In this document: piece by piece, positions 50,698 through 64,000 of the stretch | How positions within the stretch are numbered: the stretch's first letter is position 1 | How the letters are laid out: the number at the start of each line of letters is the position of its first letter | Source of the DNA: Octopus vulgaris | Taxonomy: Eukaryota | NCBI GenBank assembly: GCA_951406725.2 | Contig: OX597839.1 | Coordinates: 2,852,001 to 2,916,000, forward strand | Direction: 5' to 3' | Length of the DNA: 64,000 bases | The notes under the pieces: model-generated | Seen by the model: only the letters and a program-made list of their open reading frames with translations | The model's database searches: none | What the model was told of the DNA's origin: nothing | Translations under genes and position numbers: made by a program

Positions 50698-53600
50698 CAT
50701 ATACACATAATGTATGTTTGTGTATATGTATATACATATATATGTGTGTGTATATATATATATATATATATAAAGCATATACAAATAAGAAAATGTCTAG
50801 GGAGCATTCACATTTAGCATAGTTTGGTTGAAGCTTAAAAAAAGAAAAAAAATCACATTAAGGTTAGCGTTAGGGTTACATATGTGCATATATATATAGA
50901 GAGAGAGAGAGAAAGAAAAGTTTTTACATGTTTACAATTTGCCAGTACAAATCAGATCCCATAATTAATTCATAGGGTCGTCGCTTGCTTTCTTAGCAGA
51001 ATGGAGTGAAGAATAATTTTGCTAGTTTAGGCAGACATTACAAGCTTCCCAGTAGACCTTGCATCATCAGATGGACGGAAGAATGTAGAGAGGAGCATGT
51101 AGCTATTTTCTGGACCCTTTTTTGAGGGAGGTGTGATGCCATAACATTCTGATTTTATGAGAAAGCCAGTGGATTGTTTGGGGATGGCCCTCATTGAGAA
51201 ATAGTTCCTGCATTTTGTACATTAAGAATCGAAGGGACACATGGGTAAAACAAGGTTGAAAACCACTGGTATAGATGGATGGGTGATTGGGTGGGTAGTC
51301 ACAGACATGACTGTGGGTATTTAGTTAATTCGGTTACCTTGCAGTCTTGAGTTGTATCTCATTGCCATACATTGAGCAATTGTCTTCTGCTCTAGTCTGA
51401 GGCCGAACCATACCTTGTGAGCTGTGTTGATAGACAGAAAACTGTATGGAAGCTTGTCATATATCTGTGTGTGTTCACATTCTGTATCCTCTGTATAAAC
51501 AAAATCAATCTTATAGCTTTGCTCTTCTGAAACTGATTGGAATAAACAGTCCATTGCTTGAAAAGTTAGAATGCACCCAGTCCACACTGTGAAGTGATTG
51601 GTATTTGAAAGGGCATCCAGCTGTAAAAACCATGCCAAAACTGATCTTGTACGTGGTGGGGCCATGTAAAAAGCACTAGGAAGGGCATCCAACAGTAAAT
51701 AGCTTGCTAAAATAAGCACAAAAAGCATGGTGTAGTCTTTAATATATGTGTATATGTGTGTGTAGCTGTGTACCTGTTGTTAGCTCAGTTTTATTGTCAT
51801 GCTCTTTCTTGTTCATTGTGAATTGGAACGCACCAGTTTCCAACAGATATCTTATACAAAAGACTTAGATGCAAACACGCACAACAGCCTTTTTAGATAA
51901 ACTACTAAATCGTTAAGGGGCATTTCTTCATCATTTGTAGAAAGCTTTTTTTTTTCACCAAGTTATTTCTAAATCTATGAACATTGTTTATCTTTTTTCC
52001 ATATCTATCTCTCTCTCTCTCTCTCTCTTTTTTTTTTGTTTTACTGTGATGCTCCTCTGAATGTTCTACTAAATGTTTAAAAAAAAAAAATGCCAAGAAA
52101 GAACCCAGTATTTTTGGGGTTCTTTTTTTAACTGATTTTGTCTGCTTTTTAATGTTTCCAAAACAATTTGCAGCTTAGCAAACCTTTGATGACCAAATGT
52201 GGGTTTTTTTTTTTTTTTTTTTTTTTTTAACCTTGATACCAAAACCAAAATACAAAAAAAAAAATTTTAAATCTCCAAGTTTTCACATGGGCACGTACTG
52301 ATAGACTCTGTGTCGTCTGAATTCTGGTTTTGTGTGTGTGTAGTTGTTTATAAAAGAAGAAAGATATAATTGAAAAAAAAAATTTTTATTTTTAATTTAT
52401 AATGAAAGTTGAAAAATAGGGCAAAATTACCTTTTGGCTGCTTAATTACAGTGCTGGCTTCTACCTGAATTTCAGTAATTTTTTTGATATTTAATTTCTT
52501 TTTTAATTGCTCTCTCTCTATTTTTCTTATGATCTGCTATATCTTATAATGGTTATATATGAGTATCGGACATTTTGTTTCAAACTATATATTTGAATAA
52601 TCATGGCTACTGTGTTACTGAAATTTAATTAATTACACACACACACACACACACCCACACACATTCACATATATATTTCACCTTCTTACTCCTTGAGAGT
52701 TTGCTCTAGCACCATATCACTACTTTCCACTTGTCTCCTTTAGCCATGTATCTTCTCTATAGTGAAGCACCTGTGCTTGTCCCTCTCTCATACTCTAGCC
52801 CCCTCAGCATCTGACATAAAGGTACCTCCTCCAATACGTCCTCTTAGTTAAGGGAGCTTTCCCCCCCCCCTCTCCTCTAGCCATGTTCTCTTGGTAACTT
52901 GCAAGTCACACGGCAGCATCACTACTACTTAAGGCACAAAACAAAAAGCACCCAGTACAATCTGTAAAGTTGTTGCTGTTGGTAAGGGGCATCCAGCCAT
53001 AAAAGCCATGCCAAAGATGACACAGGAATTCAACACAGCCCTGCAGCATGTCAGTTCCCAGTCAAACTGTCCAACCTATGTCAGCATGGAAGACAGACAT
53101 TAAATGCTTATATATATATACAAGTCCAACCCATGCTAGCATGGAAAGCGGACGTTAAACGACGATGATGATGATATATATATATACAAAATTTAGAAGA
53201 CTGACCACTAAAAGTGGACAGCCTGTATGCTAGATATAGACATCAAAATCGCCATTTTCCACGAAGAATGTGTTCCCAAGAACACATATATATATGGAAT
53301 TATCCAGTAATTTTTTACTAATTTCTCCATGTTGCTTTATGAAAACTTAAGGTAGTTTTAGAGTCAGATCATGGCTGCTATTTTCAGCATGGTGGTATCT
53401 CGTAGATACCCTCATATATAATTTTAATAATTATTACCTTTGAAGGTTATTTTTTCCATGCTGGCCACTTGATAAGTTCGTTATTTTATTTTAAATTAAC
53501 GATCTTATCCTTATTTTTATTCATATATATATATATATATATATATTTCACTGTGATCGAGGAGGCTATCAAATGTTGCTACACATCGCTGGTCACAATG

Positions 53601-54930
53601 CGCTTCGAACAGAAGAAAGAGTGAGGAAAAGTTGTAGCGAAAGAGTACAGCAGGGATCGCCACAATCCCCTGCCGGAGCCTCGTGGAGCTTTAGATGTTT
53701 TCGCTCAATAAACACTCACAACGCCTGGTCTGGGAATTGAAACCGCGATCCTACGACCGCGAGCCCGCTGCCCTAACCACTGGGCCATTGTGCCTCCACA
53801 CACATATATATGCTTATATAAGCATTTATACACTCACTCATGCACACACAAACAGACTTAGTTTCAACCTACCAAATCCATCCACAATGCTTTGGTTAGC
53901 CAAGGGCTTTAGCAAAGGACTCTTGCCCAAGGTGCCATGTGGTTAGATTGAATCTGGAACCATCTGAGTGGGAAGTAGACTTCTTACCCATGCAGCCATT
54001 TTACATGGCCATTTTCCTAAAAATTCACTTCTCAGTCCAGATGTTCTGGGTTAGATGTGACTGGCTGTTGGCATTTGGCAACTATCTTCCACCATACACT
54101 CAAGTTGACTTGCACACTCACATTTTAGCCACGAGTTGAAGTAATTCATTGATATTCAAATATATAGAAAATGTCAGAATACTTGTTTTGACTTAGTCTA
54201 TCTTCTTAATTCATCTTCTTTTAAAAAGATCAAACAAGTTTCTATCTTTCTTTCTGTTACTTGCAAATTTTTTCCATCTCTATATCTTATTATTTTTATT
54301 GTCTCAGAACTGACCTTATTTCTGGTAGAATTTATGTGGGTAGCCGGTTACTACCTGCAACTTTAGATTTCAATAAGCCATGAAGTGCTCAAAACCCCTT
54401 CTGAATTATTATTATGAGCTGTTAGAACTGTTAGTATGCTGGACAAAATGCTTTGTCGCAATTTTATCCATCATTTCATTCTGAGTTCAAATTCCATCAA
54501 AGTCAACTTTGCTGGTCATCCTTTCAGGGTCTATAAAATCATCATCAGCTGAATGCTGGGGATCAGTGTTATCAACTTACCCACTTCTCCCTGTAATTGC
54601 TGGCCTTGTGCTAAATTTTGAAACTGATATTGTTATTAAGGCAGTGAGATGGCAGAATTATTAGGATGTAAGACAAAATGCTTAGTAGCAGCATTTCATT
54701 TGTCTTCAATTCTGAGTTCAAATTCTGCCAAGGTTGACTTTACCTTTCATCCTTTCAGTATTGAAACAATAAACACCAGTTACATACTGGAGTTAATGAT
54801 ATCAATTACGACCCCACCCCTCCAATTTCAGGCCTTATGCCAACTTTAGTACTTATCAATATTATTTTTATTTACTTATCCTCTCCTGATTTATCCATGT
54901 CACATCTCTGCTCAGTTCGACTGCTTAGAG

Positions 54931-55131
54931 CAGTGCTTTTCAAACATTTTGCTGGTGCGGAACCCCAAGGAAACATTCCACTGGCTTGGGGAACCCCTGT
55001 GCAATAATTTAATAGTCTTATGCACACATATCTTCACAGGAAAATTAAAAATTACTGCCGATTTTAGCAGTTTTGTAACTTCTTGCGGAACCCCTGGACT
55101 CTACTGGTGGAACCCTGGTTGAAAACCACTG
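54931..55131. mobile_element. hAT (Charlie/Buster-type) MITE
   Basis: TIRs CAGTGCTTTTCAA and TTGAAAACCACTG. Perfect 8-bp TSD GCTTAGAG (54923-54930, 55132-55139) with central TA. Confidence 0.9.
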
Positions 55132-55840
55132 GCTTAGAGACACGACACCCTTTCTCAACACAGGACCCATTCTAATTATTGCTGTCACCTGAATACTTCC
55201 CAAGAAGTATGGTATTTGCAGCTTTTGATGTCAGAATATTGCTGTTTTTGAGACGGTTCCAAGTGCACTGATCACAGTAGGTACCACACTCGCTTTGTGA
55301 GGCACCATGGAGTCTTTTCACTTCCAATCTTAGATTTTGTTCCTGCCCAACTTGTCTTTTGTCGTCACATAATTCTGGCCTGCAGGTATAGCTATGTTGA
55401 TGAATTATTATTGTTGTTGTTGGCAGTGAGCTGGTAGAATTGTTAGCATGCTGGACGAAATGCTTAGCGGTAATTCACCATTCTTTCGGGGTCTAAAAAT
55501 TAAGTACCAGTTTAGGACTGGGGTTGAGATAATCTACTAGCCCTCTCCCCCAAAATTTCAAGCCTTGTACCTAAAGCAGAAAGGATTATTATTATTATTA
55601 TTATTATAAAGGTGGCAAGCTGGCAGAATTGTTAGTGCACAGGGCAAAATGCTTAATAGCATTTTATGCATCCTTACATTCTGAATTCAAATTCTGCTGA
55701 GTGGCTTTTTATCTAAGTTCTGAGTTCAAATTTCAGTGAGGTCGACTTTACCTTTCATCCTTTCAGGGATAGCACTGGGGTTGATGTAATCAACTTAACC
55801 CCTTCACTGAAGTTGCTGGCCATGCACCGAAATTTGAAAC

Positions 55841-55888
<48 letters not shown>

Positions 55889-56717
55889 CATCATCAAGGT
55901 GGCCAGCTAGCAGAATTTCCAGCACACCAGGCAAAATGCTTGGCAGCATTTCATCCATCCTTACATTCTGAGTTTAAATTCATCCTTTCAGGGTTGATAA
56001 AATAGGAATCAGTTGAGCACTGGAGTTGATGTAATCAACTTTCATCTCCTCTCCGAAATTGCAGGCCTTGTGCCAAAATTTGCGATCATCATCATTATTG
56101 TAATTGTTATTATTATTATTAATCCAGCATTGAAAAAAAAGTTCTGTTGAAATAGTACCAGGGAACATGATGATTTGAAACTCTGTTTCTTGGCTTGGGT
56201 TCTTCTTTGTCTCTTTTGCAGCTCCTCCATAATTGGCGCCTGGATGGCTAGCCCATAATCTAATCTCTTGAAATCACAAGAACGGCAACAGCAATTACAA
56301 CAACAACAACAACTGCTAGAACTATTTTTCTGAGTCCTCATTTTGGATGGACATTGAAAACATGCTTCCGGTTTTTTTTTTGTTTATTTGTTTTTTTGTT
56401 TTTTTTTTGCCCCCTGTCATTCACTGTCTCCGGTTTCTTCCGCTGTTTCTAACTCAACCAGAAGTGGGCTTGCCGAGGCCAGCCAGCTGTCAGCTTTCAG
56501 AGATCAACACCATACACACACACACACACACACAAACATGGCACTTACTTTCGCACGACTGCCTCATTGTGTCTGTATCTACTGCATCCACATCTGCCAA
56601 AACTACAATCTCATCTTGCCGAAATAAGAGATGCTCTCTGATTCCACCACCAAAAATGATCTGACAGGCTTCAGACAAATTCTTTGGTCATATATATATT
56701 CATACATACATACATAC

Positions 56718-56774
<57 letters not shown>

Positions 56775-59700
56775 GATATGTCTTTGTGTACTAATGTTGC
56801 TAGTTGAGAAACTTTTTTTAAAATTAATTTAATCAATTTATTTATTCATCTAATTATATATATATATATAAATATATATGATATATATATATTTTTTTTT
56901 TTACTCAAAAATTTTTGTGTTTATTACACAAGTGTCAACTGCTAATCCTATATTGTAGGCGAAGCTCCCTGGGAAAATGTTAGTTGAAGATGGTGGAGAG
57001 TTTTAAAAAAAAACAAAAAAACAGCAACAAAAAACAAAAATATTTTTAAAAATCTCTCCCTCCTCTACAAAAAAAAAGGAGAATTACGCTGATGCTGTTT
57101 GTATGAAGGATGCACGGCGACTGTTGTTACTAACTGACAGGCAAGCCACTGTATTTTTTCTAACACAACTACAACTGTTGATGCTTTCTCTTTCTTTTCT
57201 ACCTACTCCCATTCCACACACTCTCCTTTCCTGCTCTCTCCGCTCCCGCCAACCTCTATCTGTCTGTTGGTCCTTTTTTTAATTGGCAATTTACTTCCTT
57301 TGTTTCTTTTCCTGACACTGCCTCTAGCAATGCCATTCCCCCTGCCCTACTCCTATTCCTACTTTCTGTACTGTCCAAATATCCTGCCCTCTACAATTTC
57401 TTTTTCTTTGTTCTTTTGTGCTCCTATCACTGTCTCAAATCCACCTGTACCTTTTTATTATTTATTTACCTCCCTGCTAGCTAGCATTTCCAAGCCCTTT
57501 TGCTGCCATATTTCTTGGCTCTTGGTTTGACTGTTGTGGTGAAAACACCCTTTAAAAATCCATAATGGGTTATAATGTCATCACTATTATACACTACTAT
57601 ATTGCTCTCTCTCTTTCCCCTTTTTTGTGTGTGTGTGTATGTATATATATACATACACACATACTTCGCTCCCCACCATGAAGCTTGGTAAGAAGGTTGA
57701 TTTATATCTTCTGCCTTACCTACTTGTTTGTTTAAAATTGCCTGAAGATGGTGGATTTTTGTCATGATATAATCTAGGAATACATTGATACAATGCTGCT
57801 GAAACAGCTGTTGTGAGAATTTAACCCTTTTGTTAGCATAATTCCATTGCAATACCTTACCTTTGTTTCATTTTTGCTAAATTTTGAAAATAAGGAAGAG
57901 TTTAGTAAAATAACCTCTTCGTTATCAAGCTGATGCTGGGAACATAAAACAACATGAAATTTTGGGGGATGGTTCTAATTTTGATCAAAAGGGCTAAGTT
58001 CTCCATCTGCTCTCTAGAGTTGAACACAGCTTGGTGAGAGAGAGAGACCAACATCCTCTCAGTTATCCAAGCCCCCTGAAATTGCTCACAGTAAAAAGAG
58101 TGATACAAAGGGGTCAAACTTACTTTACAAATACCCATGTTCTCTAGCCTTCTCTAAGTGAATGTTTGACATGGTCAACTGCAGCCAAATTTTCAAACAT
58201 TACCAGAAATTTTCAAACATTACCATCTGAAATGGTCACAACTAGGACAGCTTTGATTGGAGGTCTCTTGGGCAGTGATTTGAATGCAAATGATGTTTTG
58301 TCATTTGCTTTGTGTCGAGCCATACTCTCACATGTACACTCATTCCCTCTCTCTCTCTCTCTTTCATGCATGCACTCACACACTCATACACATTCTCTAC
58401 CTTCTCTTTCTCTCTCATGCACATTCACACACACGTACACTCACACACACAGCCTCTTATATACACTCACGCATGTACATTCATACATACACTTGCACAT
58501 GCATACACATCCATGTATGCAAACTTAACACAAATCCACATTCATTCACTTGCGCACATACACACACACACACACTCACTGTATCTGTCTGCTTTTCTCT
58601 TCTTTTCTTCCCATTCCAACTTGGTCCTCTTTGAAATCAACCTTTGTTGCTAACAACATTCAAACGAGGGATCCTCTACATGCTAGAAATAGCACCGAAA
58701 TCTCCCTCGGGCAAAACATGCCAGTTTCTTCGACACAGAAGGTGTCACTGGAACAATAGTTCCAAATGATAACTAAAATAGTTCATGGTCGGAATGTCTT
58801 GAATCATAGGTTTTACAGGATCAGGGTCGATCAAAGAAAAACAGTCAAGCCAAGAGCTGTGTGCCCAGCTTTCTTTCTAGTGCCATTTTTGCTAATGCTA
58901 GTCACACTTTCATTTCCATTCCTTCTCCCCCTCCCTCACCCATTATCATCATTCTCATCATCATCATCATCATCATCATCATCACCACTCTTCTGGCTCT
59001 TCTTTTCCTCTCCTCACTATTGTTACATTTCTGTTTCTTAGAAGAAAAAGAACCCCTAATTTTTTTTCACTGTCCCTCCTTTCAAAGTCACTTGCCTTTT
59101 CATCTCTCCCTATTCCAGTAACCTTTATTCACTTCTGAAATATTTTCCTGTAGATATATGAAAAAAAGTTATGATATTACTTATTGAGTAAACACACATA
59201 CACATGCACAAACATATCTGACAGCACTCACACAATCACTTATTGGATGGAAGCCAGGAACAGGAATATTTCTTTTGAAATAGGTAATCAATACCTGTAA
59301 AATGTCATTCCACAGCTACTTCTAACCACAGCTTGCACCTTACCATGGCTGCATTTTGTAGCCATGCAACTTTCATTCCTTAAACACTAATTAATGAAGG
59401 CCCTTCTTGGGCTGTTAAACCCTTCACAAATGTGAAGAGTGTGGGAAAGAATTTCTGAGTAGTAGCTAACTTGGTGCTGTCCCCTATTGTGGCATTGTAG
59501 TTGTGGTTGATGTGACGGCATGGCTGTTATGTTTGTGCTCAAAGCGACTGTGTCTTTCCATCGTATTTCAGAATTGACAATCCTTTTGGGCTTTTTAAAA
59601 CTTGTCAAGTTTTCAGCAGATACGAAATTAATCTGTGTGAGGTATTGCACTATGGAATCTTATCATAATTGCTGTATGATTGCACATGGAGCAATATGGT

Positions 59701-60211
59701 GTCTCATTGCTGTGTAATTGCATGTGGTGCAGATGTTTTGTGAAGTTTCATAAATGCCAACACAGATGCTGCAGCTAAGTGCCATGTTTGGTGCTCATTT
59801 GTACTCACAGTTTAAGATTCTTTTAGGCTTTTTCATGACCTTTTATAGTTCAAATTTTCAAATTTGGTGTCAGTCTACTAAAGGTCACCAGTAAAGTTCA
59901 CAGTTCACAGTTTATGGCTGTAATGGTAACCCTCAGGTTCTGTTATTGATTAAATTGGGACTTAGTCTGCTAAAGGACTTCACTAAGAATTTGGCTACAA
60001 TGGTTGAGATGCCTTATTACGCATACTCTGTTGGTCCATCAGTTTCTGTGGTGGGTGAAATTGAGAGTTAGTCCATTAACACTTGAAGTACCAAGTGGTC
60101 GTCTATGACTACTTTTGCTTTTTACTTTTTAATTTCTACGACTGTATTGAATGTGCAATCATGAGCATCATTTCATATACATGTGTGTGTATACATACAT
60201 ATACATATATG

Positions 60212-60248
<37 letters not shown>

Positions 60249-60327
60249 AATTGCAGCGTGGAAGGTGTTTATAAGCCATTTAAGAAACACAAAAAAACGT
60301 TAGATTCACTTCAACATTTAAATTTAA

Positions 60328-60378
60328 TTTGTCAAAATATTTTCGTCGCTTTGAGACCGCGACCTGTTCACTGATAAA
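60328..60378 (-). ncRNA. Minimal type I hammerhead motif, G3:C8 core variant
   Basis: Minus strand: tttatca-GTGAACA-g-gtcgc(ggtctcaaa)gcgac-GAAA-atat-T-T-tgacaaa, inside a (TA)n-flanked relic (~60246-60460). Confidence 0.6.
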
Positions 60379-61793
60379 ACTCTGTCAGATGCAGCACGGA
60401 GTTTTCATTCCAGCACATGATCTCAGATCAAGTCACTCGCTATGCAAGTACATCTCCGTAATATATATATATATATATATAAATAATTTTGTACGTAAAT
60501 TTTTTTCAAGAAGATTTTCAATGCCAGTCAAAAATGACTGCTATGGTCATTGTAGGAAGTAAATGTTGGTACTTCTGGTGTTAAGGAAATCTGTGCCCTT
60601 CTCATGAATACAATGAGATTTTGTTAGTTGAATGACATGCAGCAGAAATTATTATGTGAGAAAGAAAACCTCAGGAATGACTTTTTTAAAATTGTATTTT
60701 ACTCAATAAGTAATTTAGCCCTGCCTCTAGTATTGAGAACTCTTTTACTGTTATCACTAATATATTTATTTCTATTCTGACTCCCCTGTACATTTTATCA
60801 TCCTCTCCTTCTCATTGCCCCACCCCTCTCCCATACCATCTTGCTTCTGTTAGTCCTTGTGGTTGTGCGTATGTGTGCGGTATGTCTGCAATGTGTTTGT
60901 TTTCAGTCAGTATTGCTATAATAACCATCTCATATTTCTTCCAGGGTTCCCCATCCACCTACCATTTATTTATATTTTTTAAACTTCCTGCCGTATTTCC
61001 TTTTTTCTTTTGTTATTTTTTTTTCTTCCCCTACCATCAGAAATTGCATCTGATTTTCATTTTTTCATCTTTAATCATACTTTCCTTATGATTTGTTCCC
61101 AAGGATTATGCTAAGGGTTACAAGTATCCGTAGAGTGCTGCTACTAGGTTGAGGAAAAAAATTGTGTGCTGCATTAAAATAATGAACTGAAAGAACCACA
61201 AAAATACATTAAAAAAACCCCATTATTTTAACACAGCACACAAACTTCTTCCTCAAACTAATATAATAGACATGATTAGTCCACGCTACTTCATGTGGAG
61301 CATAGGGCTGGTTTCCTAGTTTCTCTAGTATGTATATATTCCACGCTGAATGGGATGCCCTGCCTGTTGCAGGATTACTAATTTTAATCAGCTTAGTGGA
61401 CTGGAGCAATGTGTTTTGCCCAAGAACACTACACACCAAACCTAGGAACTGAGTCCAACACTCTACCACTGAGCCACGCACCTCCTAAGTTAGATATACA
61501 TATTACTATGATTAGGTGGTCCTCGATATGTATGTATGTGTGTGTACGTACACATATTGTCATCAGTCCCTGGACATTGCTGTCCTGAGCCCCAGGACTC
61601 ACAGGACTGGTTAACTGGTTTCCATATATAAATGACCAGGGTCATAACATCCACCCCGAACAAAATGCCAGCCAGTGTAGACCTCGTAACAATAATGACT
61701 AAGAGATGGTTCCACACTCCTCAAAACAATAGAAATCCCTATAGCCTGGGGTCCACTACTAGATGTAATTTAAAGTCATATATATGTATCTAG

Positions 61794-61883
<90 letters not shown>

Positions 61884-62207
61884 GTGTGTATGTGGAGACG
61901 CAATGGCCCAGTAGTTAGGGCAGTGGACTCGCGGTTTCGATACCCAGACTGGGTGTTCTGAGTGTTTATTGACCGAAAACACCTAAAGCTCCACGAGGCT
62001 CCAGCAGTGAGTGGTGGTGATCCCTGCTGTACTCTTTCGCTACAACTTTCTCTCACTCTTTCTTCTGTTGGCCTGCTCGCTTAGCCAGTGGGGTGGCGTC
62101 ACTTGAAGGCTAAAACAATGCAAAGTGCATTGTGACCAGCGATGTGTAGCGTCATCTGATAGCCTGGTCGGTCATGGTGATCATGGTGGTGATATATATA
62201 TATATAC

Positions 62208-62621
62208 CTCTCTTTTACTCTCTCTCATTTACTTGTTTCAGTCATTTGACTGCGGCCATGCTGGAGCACCGCCTTTAGTCGAGCAAATCGACCCCGGGAC
62301 TTATTCTTTGTAAGCCCAGTACTTATTCTATCTGTCTCTTTTTGCCAAACCGCTAAGTGACGGAGACATAAACACACCAGCATTGGTTGTCAAGCAATGC
62401 TGGGAGGACAAACATACACACACAAACACAAACACACACATATATATATACATATATACGACAGGCTTCTTTCAGTGTCCGTCTACCAAATCCACTCACA
62501 AGGCATTGGTTGGCCCGGGTCTATAGCAGAAGACACTTGCCCAAGATGTCACGCAATGGGACTGAACCCGGAACCATGTGGTTGGTTAGCAAGCTACTTA
62601 CCACACAGCCACTCCTGTGCC
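62208..62621 (-). mobile_element. tRNA-derived SINE family A
   Basis: Uninterrupted reverse-strand copy. It shows the empty state of the site that is filled in the 1061-2234 copy. Confidence 0.85.
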
Positions 62622-63861
62622 TATTTATATATATATATGTGTATGTGTGTGTATATAATATATATATACACACACACACAAACAGACATGCACACATAGG
62701 ATAGGCTTCCATACAGTTTCCATCAAATTCACTTACAAGGTTTTGTTGAACCCAAGGCTATAATAGGCGACACCCTTAGTGCTGCTGCACAAAGGGACTG
62801 AATCCAAAACTACGTAGTTGCGAGTAACCATACCGTGTCTATGGTGAACTTACTCTTTCTTGTAACTTAGCGGTTCAGCAAAAGTGACTGATAGAATAAG
62901 TATCAGGCTTAAAATAAGCACTGGGGTCAAATCATTAGATTAAAAATTCTTTAAGGCTGTTACCCTAGAATGGCCACAGTCTAATGGCTGAAACAATAAC
63001 AAAAATAAAAGATTAGTAAAATTAAATTGATGATTGGAATCTATATCAGCATTGAAATTTTGAGGGAAGGTTTCAGTTTAGACCTCCTGGAAGCAAGAAT
63101 CTTGAAGTGCGGAACCAGTCTCAGGTAGGTTGGCTTTTGACAGTATAAATACAAGTGATTTTAGAATCCTGACCCTTCTTCACGCCATTACTACGGTACC
63201 CATTAACATTGAAATGATTTTACCCTGTAACCCTCTCCTCATTTGTTTTCTTCAACCTGGTCTTTCTTTCTTAATTATTTTTTCTCACCTGGGTCCCCCC
63301 CCCCATTTATCTCCCTGCGCCGCTTACTTTTATTATATCATTTCTTAGTAAATCCTCTGTTTTGTAGATCATTTCAGAAAATTCACATTGTTTTAGTCTT
63401 ATTGAATTATTATTATTTTCATTGTTTTTTTTTTTTGTTTTTTCTCACTCACATATTGTATATTTTTTCATTAATATTTTTCTGTTTTTTTTTTCTCTTT
63501 TACATCGCTTAAAATTTTACTTGCGAGTCTTTATTTATTGGTTTTTTTTACAAATACATTTATACTTGCTCACAAAGTTTGTCTGGTGAAGCTGTGGCCT
63601 CAGTCTTTGCCACGTTCAGTTTATTTGTTCATTATTGTTGATTGTTTTTTTTTCTCCCCTTTTTTTTGTCTATTTTTTGTCATGGTGCAGTGAAACAGTT
63701 GGTACCAGTGCTCTTTGTACAAAAACATTTTTGTGTGTTCCTTTGACAAATGTCTTGTGATATTATTATTATTATTATTTCAAATCATCTGGTTTCTAAG
63801 TTTGCATATTCAATATGTATACATACGTATATGTATGTATACTTATATGTGTGTATCTATC

Positions 63862-63893
<32 letters not shown>

Positions 63894-64000
63894 AAAATTA
63901 GAAAAAAACACCTTTTATCAATTCAAAATGAACAATTAAATTACACCATCTAGAAAATTACATATAATAGAAATATTAAATATAAAATAACAATAATATA

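Noticed and set aside
53255-53420. Partial hammerhead-like halves (acgaaga plus atgtgttc/gaacacat hairpin; antisense tgagggtatc...gaaa)
   Set aside because: Each is cut off by a (TA)n tract, so no complete motif can be supported.
56300-64000. A second protein-coding gene in the 3' region
   Set aside because: No recognisable protein homology or consistent exon chain. The sequence looks like UTR or intergenic DNA with SINEs, and the poly(A) site cannot be fixed from sequence alone.

Overview
Eukaryotic, AT-rich, microsatellite- and SINE-dense genomic DNA. The repeat families suggest an octopus (coleoid cephalopod), which is an inference. The window holds the 3' part of one + strand gene, Dishevelled (Dvl/dsh). 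Ten GT-AG exons from 3971 to the stop at 45003 splice in frame (1610 nt) and encode the basic/Ser-Thr region, PDZ, DEP and the conserved ...[13 protein letters not shown]-terminus; the DIX exons lie upstream of the window. The introns and 3' flank carry several tRNA-derived SINE families, mariner, piggyBac and hAT relics, R4/Dong and RTE LINE fragments, and a decayed Penelope-like element (RT + GIY-YIG). Three things stand out. (1) Five type I hammerhead ribozyme motifs sit in separate (TA)n-associated repeat relics, four on the Dvl sense strand, with natural covariation at the core 3-8 pair (C:G, U:A, G:C). (2) There are several unannotated, phase-compatible candidate alternative Dvl exons: an 18-nt microexon in a dense YCAY cluster, a 177-nt cassette, 24- and 21-nt microexons, and a hydrophobic terminal exon. 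An internal GTGAGT donor could also remove the C-terminal PDZ ligand. (3) Several long intronic hairpins are present, including a ~99% identical 750-bp fold-back SINE. All calls come from reading the sequence by eye; no searches were run.
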